A DNA stretch of 63,642 bases, filler included, from Scenedesmus sp. PABB004 (lineage: Eukaryota), in NCBI GenBank assembly GCA_014905635.1. It is 5 parts of 5 records of this genome, joined end to end, with 100 filler letters (N's around TTAATTAATTAA, not from the genome) between each part and the next. Parts side by side here need not be neighbours in the genome. Positions count along the whole stretch, not along the records: positions 10,330 to 20,554 come from JABVCE010000075.1; positions 20,655 to 27,515 come from JABVCE010000076.1; positions 27,616 to 33,542 come from JABVCE010000077.1; 2 more parts are not named here. One strand, 5' to 3'. The notes under the pieces were generated by a model, which ran no database searches, was not told the DNA's origin, and saw nothing but the letters and a program-made list of their open reading frames with translations. A program made the translations under genes and the position numbers. The stretch's first letter is position 1; each line of letters begins with the position of its first letter. This document shows positions 17,460 through 27,735 of this stretch, piece by piece.

Positions 17460-20400
17460 ATGCGTTCGCTCCCGCGCATGGCGCTCTGCCTGCTGCTGCT
17501 AGAGCTGCTCTCGCCCGCGCCGGCAGCGAGCACCCAGGCGCCGCGGCAGCGGCGGCAGCAGCAGCAGCGGCAGCAGCACGAGGTGCCGCCGGCGCTCGCG
17601 GCGGCACAGGCGCGCGCGGCGGCCGCGGCGGCGGCGGCAGCGGCGACGGCGCCCCCGGAGCAGCGCCGCCGCGCCCTGCTCGCGGCGGGCGCGGCGGCGG
17701 CCGCGCGTAACGCGACCGCGGAGGAGGCACGCTTGGCAGCGCTGCCGGTCGGCAGCACGACCGAGGTGGTGGCGGAGACGGTGCTGCGCGCGTCGCTGCT
17801 GGAAGGATACGACGCCAACGTGTTCCCCTGGGCCGAGGCGGGCCCCGCAAACGTGAGCGTCAACCTCGCCCTGCACAAGATCCTCGACGTCGACCTGTGA
17901 GAGGGGGGGGGGGGCGGCACGCGCGCCGGCAGCGGCGCGCGCGCGCCCGGGCCGCTGCCCGCCGCGCCCGCCCACCGCCCCAAGCGCGCGCCCGCCGCCG
18001 CCCCGGGCGCGCAGCTATGGCGGCACCCTGAACATCGCGGTGTGGCACCGGCTCGAGTGGACCGACCCGCGGCTGACCTGGGACGCGGCGGCGTTCAACG
18101 TGTCGAGGCTCTGGTTTGCAAACGCGCAGCAGGGCGACACCGAGATCTGGCAGCCCGACGTCGTGCTGTGGAACGGCGCGCAGCCGATCGCCTCCACGCT
18201 CGGGCAGGAGCCGCTCGCCGTCGACCCGGGCGGCCGCGTCTTCTGGTCGCGCCCGGGCACCTTCCTCGTCGCCTGCAACTTCAGGGTGCGCGAGGTTCAG
18301 CCCCCCGGCGCCGCGCCCGCCGCCGCGGCGCGCCGTGCGTACGGCGACGGCCGCGCCGCGCGCCGCCTGACGCCGCCCGCCGACGCGCCGCGCCCCAGGG
18401 GCTGAGCGCGTACCCTTTCGGTCTGGTCAGGTGCAGCCTTGAGCTCGGGAGTTGGGTTTATGGGCCCCGCTCTGTCGACCTGCACCTGCAGGGCAAGGTG
18501 CGGCCCGCCGTCGGCGCGAGCTCGCGGCCGCCGCCGCCGCCGTCGCCTCCGCTGCCGCTGCCACCACTGCCTCCGCGCGCGCGCTATGCGGCGTGAGCAT
18601 GGCACGCTCATCAGCCGAGCGCGGCGCGCAGGGCTACACCGTGGGCGGCAGCATCACGAGCGTCGAGTCGACGGTGTGGACCGAGTACACCATCGCCGGC
18701 GTCGAGGCAAGGCGCTTCACCTACCCGCCCCTCCCCTGCTGCCCACACGGTCAGCGTGGCGGGGGCGGGGCGTGCTCCGGCGCGCGCCGCCGGCGCGGTC
18801 AACCGCGGTCAACCGCGGTCAAGCAACCCAAACCGCGGCCCTGAACCCCGACCGCACGCGCAGAGAGCGGGTGGCCGGTCGTGCTCATCGACGTCGCGCT
18901 GGAACGGCAGAACCTCATCTACCTCATGAAGGCACGGGCGCCTTAACCCTGGGGGCAGGCGGGAGGGTTTAGGGAGAGGAGGGAGAGGGAGGGAGCGAGC
19001 TGGGGGTGATGGCGGGGCTGCCGCCGTGCGCCGCCCACCGCGCCGCTCGCCCGCGCTCCGCGCGCCGCTCGCCGCAGGTCATCGTGCCGCAGATCATCCT
19101 CACCGCCATCGCCTTCTCCACCTTCTGGGTGCGGCCGCCCCCCACCGCGGCACAGCCCCCCCCCCCCCCCCCGGCGGCAGTCGCCGCACACGTACACTGT
19201 CGCGCGCCGCGCCGCACGCGCCGCGCGCGCCGACGGCCGCCGCGCCGCGCCCCGTGCGCGCGCGCAGCTGAGCCCCGCGTGCGGCGAGCGCCTCGGGCTG
19301 GCCGTCACGGTGCCGCTCGCGGTCGCTGTGTACGACCTGCTGACCTTCTCCCAGCTCCCCGTCTCAAACCGCGTCACGCTGGTCAGCGCGATGGGACTGA
19401 TGGCCTTCCTCTTTTCGATGGCGCGTGCGGCGGCGGGGAGGGGGGGGGAGGGGCAGTGCCGAAAGCGTGGCCGGAGGCGCGCATGCCGCCGCCCACGCGC
19501 GCGCCGGGCGCCCCGCGCGCGCGCCCGCGGCCGGCGGGCGCAGGCGGTGCTGGTGGAGAACGCGCTGGTCCTGCAGCTCTGGCACCACAGCGAGCACGGC
19601 TACTTCAGGCGAGCGGCGTGCGGTGTGCACGCACGGGCGAGGGACCCGGGCGCGGCACACGCCGCCGCCCGGCTGCGAGCCTGACTCGCCCGCGCCGCGC
19701 GCGCCCGCCGCACCGCGGCCGCCAGGGGCATGCGCGTGCTGGCGGCGACTGGGCTCGCCTATCGGGAGCAGCTCGTGTGGGTGAAGCTGCTCGGCTGCGT
19801 GCACCAGCTCCGGGTCGAGCTCGTGCGGCGCCAGCTCGGTGCGCTGCAGGGCCGCAGGCTCGCGAGCCGCTCGCAGTTCGGGTCCAAGCAGCCGACCGCA
19901 CACGCCAAGTCGGGCCTTGCGTGCGAGGCCGCGGTGCGGGACGGCGCCGACGCGGCCGACGCAGCTCCGGACGTGCGCCCGGCGGAGGGCAACGGCAGCG
20001 ACGGCGGCGGGAGCGCGCGGCGGCGGCGGCATGCTCGGGCGCGCGGCGCGGCGGGCGTGTGCTGGCGGAGCTGGGCGAGGTGGGGGGTGCAGATGGGCCT
20101 GGAGCGGCCGGGGGAGGAGGACGCCGCGGCGCGGCGCGACGCGGCACTGCTGAGTTGCACGACGCGCGACGAGCTGCGCGTCCACCTGGCCGCCATCCTC
20201 GCCTCCCGGCAGCGCGCGCTCGCGCCGATGCAGCGCCGCCTGGCCAAGGCCAACGCGCTGTTCGCGAGGACGCCGTCGCGGCGCGCCTGCAAGCGACGCT
20301 CACCGGCGCCGGCGGGAGCGGCAGCACCGACGGCACGGCAGCGGTGCGGCACGACGCGCGGCGCGGCGCACGGCGCGGCGCGCGGGGGCGCCGCGGGCGC

Positions 20401-20518
20401 GCCTGCTGTGTTGCCACCACTGACTGCCGCGCGCGCGCACGAACGCTGCGAGCCCGGTCGAGGGGGGGGCGGGCGGGCCGGCCGTCAGCGGCGCGGCGCG
20501 GGCGAGGCGGCGCTGTGA
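17460..20518 (+). CDS. Cys-loop (pentameric ligand-gated) ion channel subunit, nAChR-like, multi-exon
   Basis: Signal peptide; WTDPRLTW; IWQPDVVLWN; loop CNFRGLSAYPFGLVRC then GSWVY; loop C PCCP; M1 LERQNLIYLMKVIVPQIILTAIAFSTFW; M2 GERLGLAVTVPLAVAVY; LP..M3. M4 and the true 3' end are not clearly visible. Confidence 0.85.
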
Positions 20519-20554
20519 CACCGCTGCCACACGCTGCGTCACCCACCTGGCGTG

Positions 20555-20654
20555 NNNNNNNNNNNNNNNNNNNNNNNNNNNNNNNNNNNNNNNNNNNNTT
20601 AATTAATTAANNNNNNNNNNNNNNNNNNNNNNNNNNNNNNNNNNNNNNNNNNNN
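20555..20654. other. Artificial contig linker
   Basis: N-run + TTAATTAATTAA + N-run. Confidence 0.98.
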
Positions 20655-21669
20655 GCGGCGCCGCGCGGCGCAGCGCTGCCGGGCGCCGTTCCCCTGCCCC
20701 GCCGCCCCTGCGGAGCGGAGGTGCGGGGCTCCAACGGGCTGCCCGGCACGCGCTGCGCCGCCGAGGTCCGCCGCCGGCGGCCGCGCCGCGCCGCGGGCCG
20801 CGCGCCGCCCGCGCGCGCGCCGCTCGCCGGCGCCGCGGCGCAGCGCTTGCCGGGCGCCGTTTCCCCTGCCCCGCCGCCCCTGCGGAGCGAGGTGCGGGGC
20901 TCCAACAGGCTGCCCCGGCACGCGCTGCGCCGCCGAGGTCCGCCGCCGGCGGCCGCGCCGCGCCGCGGGCCGCGCGCCGCCCGCTGCGCGACCGCCGCTC
21001 GGCGGCGCCGCGGCGCAGCCGCTGCCGGGCGCCGTTTCCCCTGCCCCGCCGCCCCTGCGGAGCGGAGGTGCGGGGCTCCAACGGGCTGCCCGGCACGCGC
21101 TGCGCCGCCGAGGTCCGCCGCCGGCCGGCCGCGCCGCGCCCGCGGGCCGCGCGCCGCCCGCGCGCGGCGCCGGCGGCGCCGCGGCGCAGCGCTGCCGGGC
21201 GCCGTTTCCCCTGCCCCGCCGCCCCTGCGGAGCGGAGGTGCGGGGCTCCAACGGGCTGCCCCGGCACGCGCTGCGCCGCCGAGGTCCGCCGCCGGCGGCC
21301 GCGCCGCGCCGCGGGCCGCGCGCCGCCCGCGCGCGCGCCGCTCGCGCGCCGCGGCGCAGCGCTGCCGGGCGCCGTTTCCCCTGCCCCGCCCCCCCTGCGG
21401 AGCGGAGGTGCGGGCTCCAACGGCTGCCCCGGCACGCGCTGCGCCGCCGAGGTCCGCCGCCGGCCGGCCGCGCCGCGCCGCGGGCCGCGCGCCGCCCGCC
21501 GCGCGGCGCCCGCTCGGCGGCGCCGCGGCGCAGCGCTGCCGGGCGCCGTTTCCCCTGCCCCGCCGCCCCTGCGGAGCGGAGTGCGGGGCTCCAACGGGCT
21601 GCCCCCGGCACGCGCTGCGCCGCCGAGCGTCCGCCGCGCCGCCGCGCGCCGCCGCGGGCCGCGCGCCGC
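20655..21669. repeat. Very GC-rich tandem satellite, ~170-175 bp monomer, about 6 copies
   Basis: The motif CGGAGCG(G)AGGTGCGGGGCTCCAAC recurs at about 20711, 20883, 21058, 21228, 21398 and 21572. Confidence 0.95.
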
Positions 21670-22032
21670 TGATGAGAGTGCGTGTTTTCGGCCGCACACT
21701 CACCCCATTGCGTGCATGGAGCCTAAAGGAAGCTACTCGGAACATTGGGCCTTAGTTGGGCTCTTGTGGAAGCTGCTAACCGCGGTGGGAAGCTGCTTAC
21801 GGCGCAGCTACGGCAGCCGCCGAGAAGCTGCGATTACCGATACCGTTTCGGCTATATAGCTCCGTGCGCCCGCCCCGTTTGCCTAAGGAGTCTCTTCACC
21901 ACACACATGTAACCTTTGCTCCTTCACTCGTGTCTCCGTGCTCTCCGTGCTCTCTCGTTGGCCAACCGCCGCTCTCCGCCGTTGTCGACTCGCTCCTCTA
22001 GCCGGCAACAACCGCGCCTACTCCGACCAAGA
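21670..22032 (+). repeat. 5' LTR of copy 1 (TG...GA)
   Basis: TGATGAGAGTG...CTCCGACCAAGA. Contains a TATA-like CTATATAG and a TGTAA. Confidence 0.92.
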
Positions 22033-22047
22033 GGTCATGAGCCCATC
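22033..22047 (+). promoter_or_regulatory. Primer-binding site, half-tRNA(iMet) type
   Basis: GGTCATGAGCCCATC directly follows the LTR and resembles the GGTTATG(A/G)GCCC PBS of Ty5 and Drosophila copia, with one mismatch. Confidence 0.7.
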
Positions 22048-22972
22048 CCCGGTGCTCTAAAGGCATCGCGGAGGCTTCGCGCGCATCGCTCCGGCAACTC
22101 GACAACTCCGCGGAGCTCCGGAGGCCTCCGTCAAGCGGCCCAAAAAGTAGGCCCCAGAATCGATCCTGCGACCTCCACCGTCCTATTCGAGAGCCCTATT
22201 GTCTACTTGGCGCTTGGCAGAGGCCATCGCCCCTTGTTCGCGACTTCTCTTACTTGAGTCGCCCTTGTCAAACGCAGTAAATCGCGCCGCGCTTGCTCGC
22301 GCGTGCTCGTTTGCGCTCCGTCGCGCTCCGTCGCGCTTCCCGCGCCGCGCTCGATCTACTCGGCGCCGCGCGCTCGACGTCGGCCCTTCTCGCGCCGACT
22401 TTGCCTCTTCTCACGCTCAAGGGCCTCGGCCCTTCGCCCGTCGCCCGCCCGCGCCGCTCACAGGTGTACGTACGACCCGGCCGTGCGCATCGGTCATCAA
22501 GGCGGGCGTCCGTGCACCTTGGGCGTGCGTGTCTACACGGCAGCGTGACGTTGGAGGACATCCCTCGACCCGCGCCCCTACGACCCTCGGCGCCCTCGAC
22601 TCTCGCGCACCCTACGACTCTCGGCGCCTCGGCCCTCGCGCCCCTACGACCCTCGGCGCCCTCGACCAACTCGTAACGCGCGCCGCGCTCGCGCCCCGGC
22701 CGCTCTTGCGCCCGCGCGTGCGCCTCGGCTACGCTCGCACGCTACGCTAGCGCGCGCCTCGTGTCTCCAAACCCGAGCTAACTTCAAAGGGGCCTTGCCC
22801 CCTTCGCCGTCCGCCCGCGCCCGCGCCGTACGGTGTGCGTACGTCTCGGCCGCGTGCATCGGACATCTAGGCGGGGCGTCCGTACACCTCGTACGTGCGC
22901 GCGTCTACGGCGCGGCGTGACGTGGGAGACATCCGCCAACAACTCCATCGGCCCGCCAACGCGGCTACCGTC

Positions 22973-25900
22973 ATGATGGACTTTGAAAAGTTTGGCGTTG
23001 AGCGATTCACCGGCTCCAACTACGTCACGTGGAGCACCAAGATTACCTTCTACCTCAAGCTCAAGGGCTTCTATGGCGCGCTCATCGACGCGCCGCCGCC
23101 CGGCAACGACGCCGACGCCGCGCCCCGCGCGACGCCGCGCGGGACGACAAGGCCCTCGCCCGCCATCGTCCTCTCCGTCGACAACAAGATCTTGCCACTC
23201 ATCCAAACGTGCACCACCGCCAAGGAGGCGTGGGACAAGCTCGCCAACATGTACCACACCCAAAACACGGCAAGCATCGTGCGCTTCAAGCGCGAGTTGA
23301 GCACGCTCGCCAAGGGCAACACCGAGACCATCACGGCCTTTGCCGGCCGCGCGTACGCGCGCTCAAGGACAACCTCATCTCCGCCGGCGCCACGGTGGAC
23401 GACATGGACATCTCGCTCGCCATGCTCGACAAGCTCCCGAGCGCCTACGAGGTCACCAAGAAGATCATCATGAGCAAGAAGCCCTTCCCCACGCTCGAGG
23501 AGGTCATCTCCGAGCTCTTGACCGTGGAGGCGCAAACCCCGGCCAACACCGAGAAGGCCTACTTTGCGACCGCGCCGCGGCCCAAGTTCAAGCCGCTCAA
23601 CAAGACGTCCAACCCGCGCTTCAACAAGCCCTTCAACCCGCGCGCCCATGCTCGGCGCGTCGCGCTTCGTCAACCCGCCGCGCCCGTTCAACGGCGGCGG
23701 CTCGCCCGGCGGCAACGGCCGCGCTTCGGCGCGTCCAAGGACGCCAAAGACGTGTGCTACTATTGCAAGAAGCCCGGCCACTTCATCGGTGAGTGCCGCG
23801 AGCGGGCCGCGGTCGAGCGCGCGCAAGGGCACGCCCGACACCGAGCGGCGCGAGGTGGCGTGGACCGCCACCACGCTCGCTCCCGACTACGACAACCCGG
23901 ACTACGCGTGCACGTGGTTCATCGACTCGGGGGCCGAGCGCCACATCACCAACGACGCCGGCGACCTCAACAATCCCAGCCGTGCTCGACCAAGGTCGTG
24001 GGCACCGGCGAGGTGGTCGCCGCCGAGCTCGAGGGCGACGCCATCTTGCACGAGTCCAACGTCATCTCGCGGCCGCATCGTGCTTCGCCGCGTGCTCTAC
24101 ATCCCCGGCTTTGCGGCCAAGCTCGTCTCCATCAAGATGGCCAAGCTCGCCGGCGCCACGTTCATCATGGAGGGCAACAAGTGCGCCGTGCGCATGGGCG
24201 GCGAGACGATCGTCACCCCATCGACGCGCCCAACGGCATCCCGTGCATCGTGAGCAACACGCTCCGCGGCTCCCCGAGCCCGGCGCTCATTGCCAAAGAG
24301 GCGCCCGAGGCTGGCGCAGCGCGCTTTGGCCACCTCGGCTACGCCAACCTCGAGCGCGCCGCCAAGCACGGCATGGTGACCGGCATGGACCTCACGACCA
24401 CCGACTTCAAGGCGCTCCCCATGTGCGAGCCGTGCGTGATGGGCAAGACGACGCGCCTCCCCTTCGGTGAGTCCGCGACGGTGTACGACACGCGCTCGCG
24501 CTCGTGAGCATGGACGTGTGCTGGCCCCATGACCGAGCTCTCTTACGGCGGCGCCAAGTACGCCGCGACCTTCATCGACACGCGACGGGCTACTCCATCG
24601 TGCGCACGCTCAAGAGCAAGGCGACGTCACGCCGGCCGTCAAGGAGGTGCTCACCTACATGGAGAAGCAAACCGACGCCCACGTCAAGGCCGTCCGCACC
24701 GACAACGGCTCCGAGTACGTCAACGCCGACCTCTCCGGCTTCTTCAAGGACAAGGGCATCGCGCACCAAAAGACCCATGCCCTACACGCCCGAGCAAAAC
24801 GGCACCGCCGAGCGGCTCAACCGCACGCTCCTCAACAAGGTGCTCCCATGATCTACGCCGCCGAGCTCCCGCCCGCGGCGTGGGGTGAGGCGATCATGAC
24901 GGCCAACCACCTCCGCAACCTCTCTCCCGTGAGCGGCAAGCCCAAGACGCCGTTCGAGGCCTTCTTCGGCCGCAAGCCCGACGTGTCAACGCTCCGCGTC
25001 TTTGGCGCCACGGCCTACGCCCACGTGCCCAAAGAGAAGAGGACCAAGCTCGAGCCGCACGCCGAGAAGGGCATCATGGTGGGCTACCCGGCCTTTGGCA
25101 AGGGCTACCGCATCCTCATGCCCGACGGCAACATCAAGTCGAGCCGCAACGTCGTCTTCGACGAGAGCAAGGTGCTCTCCAAGAGCTTCGCCAACTACAA
25201 GTCCCCGACGCTCATCGACCCCGACATCACCCGCTATGCCGCCGAGAAGTTCCCGGCGGACGACGCCTTTGAGGACGAGCCCGACTCCGGCGCGCACGAC
25301 GGCGCGCCGCCGAGCGGCTCCCCGCCGGGCACCCCGGGCGGCTCCCCGCCCGCGAGCCCCGGCGGCTCCCCGCCCTCGAGCCGGGCGGCTCGCCGCCGCC
25401 CGCGCCGAGCCCGGCGCCCGAGAGGCAACGACAACATGCCGGCGCCGACCGCCGGCGGCACCGACTCCACCACCGGCGGCACCATCACGCGCTCGGGGCG
25501 CGTGTCGCGCAAGCCCGGTGAGTGGTGGAACGCCGCCGCCGCCGCGCACTACGCGGGCAGATCTTGCCCGACCCGGCCACGCGCACCGAGGCGCTCGGCC
25601 GGCTCGACGCGTCCAAGTGGGACGACGCCATGAACGAGGAGATCGCCGCCCACGTGGCCAACAACACGTGGGGAGCTCGACGTGCCGCCCGCCGGCGTCA
25701 AGATCATCCCGACCAAGTGGGTCCTCACGACCAAGACCGACCTCGCGGCAACATCGAGCGCTACAAGGGCCGCATCGTCGCCAAGGGCTTCCACCAGATC
25801 GAGGGCATCGACTACGACGAGGTCTTCGCCCCCGTCGGCAAGTACGCCACGCTGCGCGCGGTGCTCGCGCTCGCGCGGCGCACGACTACGAGATCATCCA

Positions 25901-27096
25901 AATGACATTAAGAACGCCTTCCTCCAAGGCAACCTCGAGGAGGAGGTGTGGATCAGCCAGCCCGAGGGCTACGACGACGGCTCCGGCCGCGCGTGCCGCC
26001 CTGATCAAGGCGCTCTACGGCCTCAAGCAGGCCCCGCGCGCGTGGCACTCGCGCCTGCACGAGGAGCTCACCAAGATGGGCTTCGCGCCGTCCAAGGCCG
26101 ACGCATCGCTCTACGTCGGCACCTCCGGCGCGTACATCCTCATCTACGTCGACGACATCCTCATCATTGCGCGCAACCGCGCGCTCGCCGAGTCGGTCAA
26201 GGCGGAGCTCTTTGCCGCCTTCAAGACCCGCGACCTCGGCGAGGTGAGCCAGTACCTCGGCATGCACATCACGCGCGACCGCATCAACAAGACCATCAAG
26301 ATCACCAACGAGAAGATGGTGACCGAGCTCGTCTCCAAGTACGGGCTCGCCGACTGCGCGCCCCGCGACATCCCCGTGAGCCTCGGCACCAAGCTCACCA
26401 AGGACAACGGCGACCCGCTCGAACACGTGGCCTACCCCTACACGTCGCTCGTGGGAGCGCTCCTCTACCTCTCCATCACGGTGCGCCCCGACATCGCCTT
26501 TGCGGTGAGCGCGTTGACGCGCTTCATGTCCTGCCCCACGACCGTGCACTGGGGCGTGGCCAAGGGCGTGCTCCGCTACCTGGCCGGCACCACCAACATT
26601 GGCATCATCTACGGCGGCATCAAGGGCAGCCTGGACCTCAACGGCATGTGTGACTCGGACTACGCGGCCGACCTCGACACGCGCCGCTCGACCACCGGCT
26701 ACGTCTTCACCCTCAACGGCGGCGCGATCACCTGGTCCAGCAAGAAGCAGCAGACCGTCGCGGCCTCCACCACCGAGGCCGAGTACATGGCCGCCTCCGC
26801 TGCGGTCAAGGAGGCCCTCTGGCTGCGCAAGCTCATGAGCGACCTCAAGTTCAACATCGGCGCCATCGACATCCTCTCCGACAACCAGGGTGCGATCAAG
26901 CTGCTGCGCAACCCCGTGTCCTCGCAGCGCTCGAAGCACATTGACGTCGCGCACCACTTTTGCGCGCGAGCGCGTGGCCCGCGGCGAGGTCACGTTCCAC
27001 TACGTGCCCACGGCCGACAACATCGCCGACGCGCTCACCAAGCCGCTGGCGCTGTCCAAGTTTGTGGCGTGCCGCACCGGCATGGGCATGGTGTGA
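22973..27096 (+). CDS. Copia gag-pol polyprotein, copy 1 (many single-base indels)
   Basis: FTGSNYVTW; zinc knuckle [14 protein letters not shown]; protease [24 protein letters not shown]; integrase RTDNGSEY and [29 protein letters not shown] and YVDDILI; RNase [25 protein letters not shown] and ADALTK. Confidence 0.92.
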
Positions 27097-27115
27097 GTGT
27101 GCGTCCGCGTGGGAG

Positions 27116-27479
27116 TGATGAGAGTGCGTGTTTTCGGCCGCACACTCACCCCATTGCGTGCATGGAGCTAAAGGAAGCTACCGGAACATTGGGCCTTAGT
27201 TTGGGCTCTTGTGGAAGCTGCTAACCGCGGTGGAAAGCTGCTTACGGCGCAGCTACCGGCAGCCGCCGAGAAGCTGCGATTACCGATACCGTTTCGGCTA
27301 TATAGCTCCGTGCGCCCGCCCCGTTTGCCTAAGGAGTCTCTTTCACCACACACATGTAACCTTTGCTCCTTCACTCGTGTCTCGTGCTCTCCGTGGCTCT
27401 CTCGTTGGCCAACCGCCGCTCTCCGCCGTTGTCGACTCGCTCCTCTAGCCGGCAACAACCGCGCCTACTCCGACCAAGA
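27116..27479 (+). repeat. 3' LTR of copy 1
   Basis: Near-identical direct repeat of 21670-22032, preceded by a short purine tract GGGAG. Confidence 0.92.
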
Positions 27480-27515
27480 GCCGCCGCGCGCGCGCCGCTC
27501 GGCGGCGCCGCGGCG
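27480..27515. repeat. Satellite monomer resuming after copy 1
   Basis: GCCGC CGCGCGCGCGCCGCTCGGCGGCGCCGCGGCG continues the monomer in register. Confidence 0.85.
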
Positions 27516-27615
27516 NNNNNNNNNNNNNNNNNNNNNNNNNNNNNNNNNNNNNNNNNNNNTTAATTAATTAANNNNNNNNNNNNNNNNNNNNNNNNNNNNN
27601 NNNNNNNNNNNNNNN
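27516..27615. other. Artificial contig linker
   Basis: N-run + TTAATTAATTAA + N-run. Confidence 0.98.
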
Positions 27616-27735
27616 TTCCCCTGCCCCGCCGCCCCTGCGGAGCGGAGGTGCGGGGCGTCCAACGGCTGCCCCGGCACGCGCTGCGCCGCCGAGTCCGCCG
27701 CCGGCGGCCGCGCCGCGCCGCGGGCCGCGCGCCGC
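27616..27735. repeat. Partial satellite monomer flanking copy 2
   Basis: TTCCCCTGCCCCGCCGCCCCTGCGGAGCGGAGGTGCGGGG...CGGGCCGCGCGCCGC matches the monomer. Confidence 0.92.

Larger units (their letters stand above)
21670..27479 (+). mobile_element. Full-length Ty1/copia LTR retrotransposon, copy 1, with 5-bp target site duplication GCCGC
   Basis: Direct LTRs at 21670-22032 and 27116-27479. GCCGC at 21665-21669 and 27480-27484. Domain order gag-PR-IN-RT-RNaseH. Confidence 0.96.

Noticed and set aside
18940..18975. Interstitial telomere motif (TAACCCT...GGGTTTAGGG) in a channel-gene intron
   Set aside because: It amounts to only one or two units and could arise by chance.
20655..21669. CRISPR array
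   Set aside because: The whole monomer repeats, there are no unique spacers or cas genes, and the context is eukaryotic.
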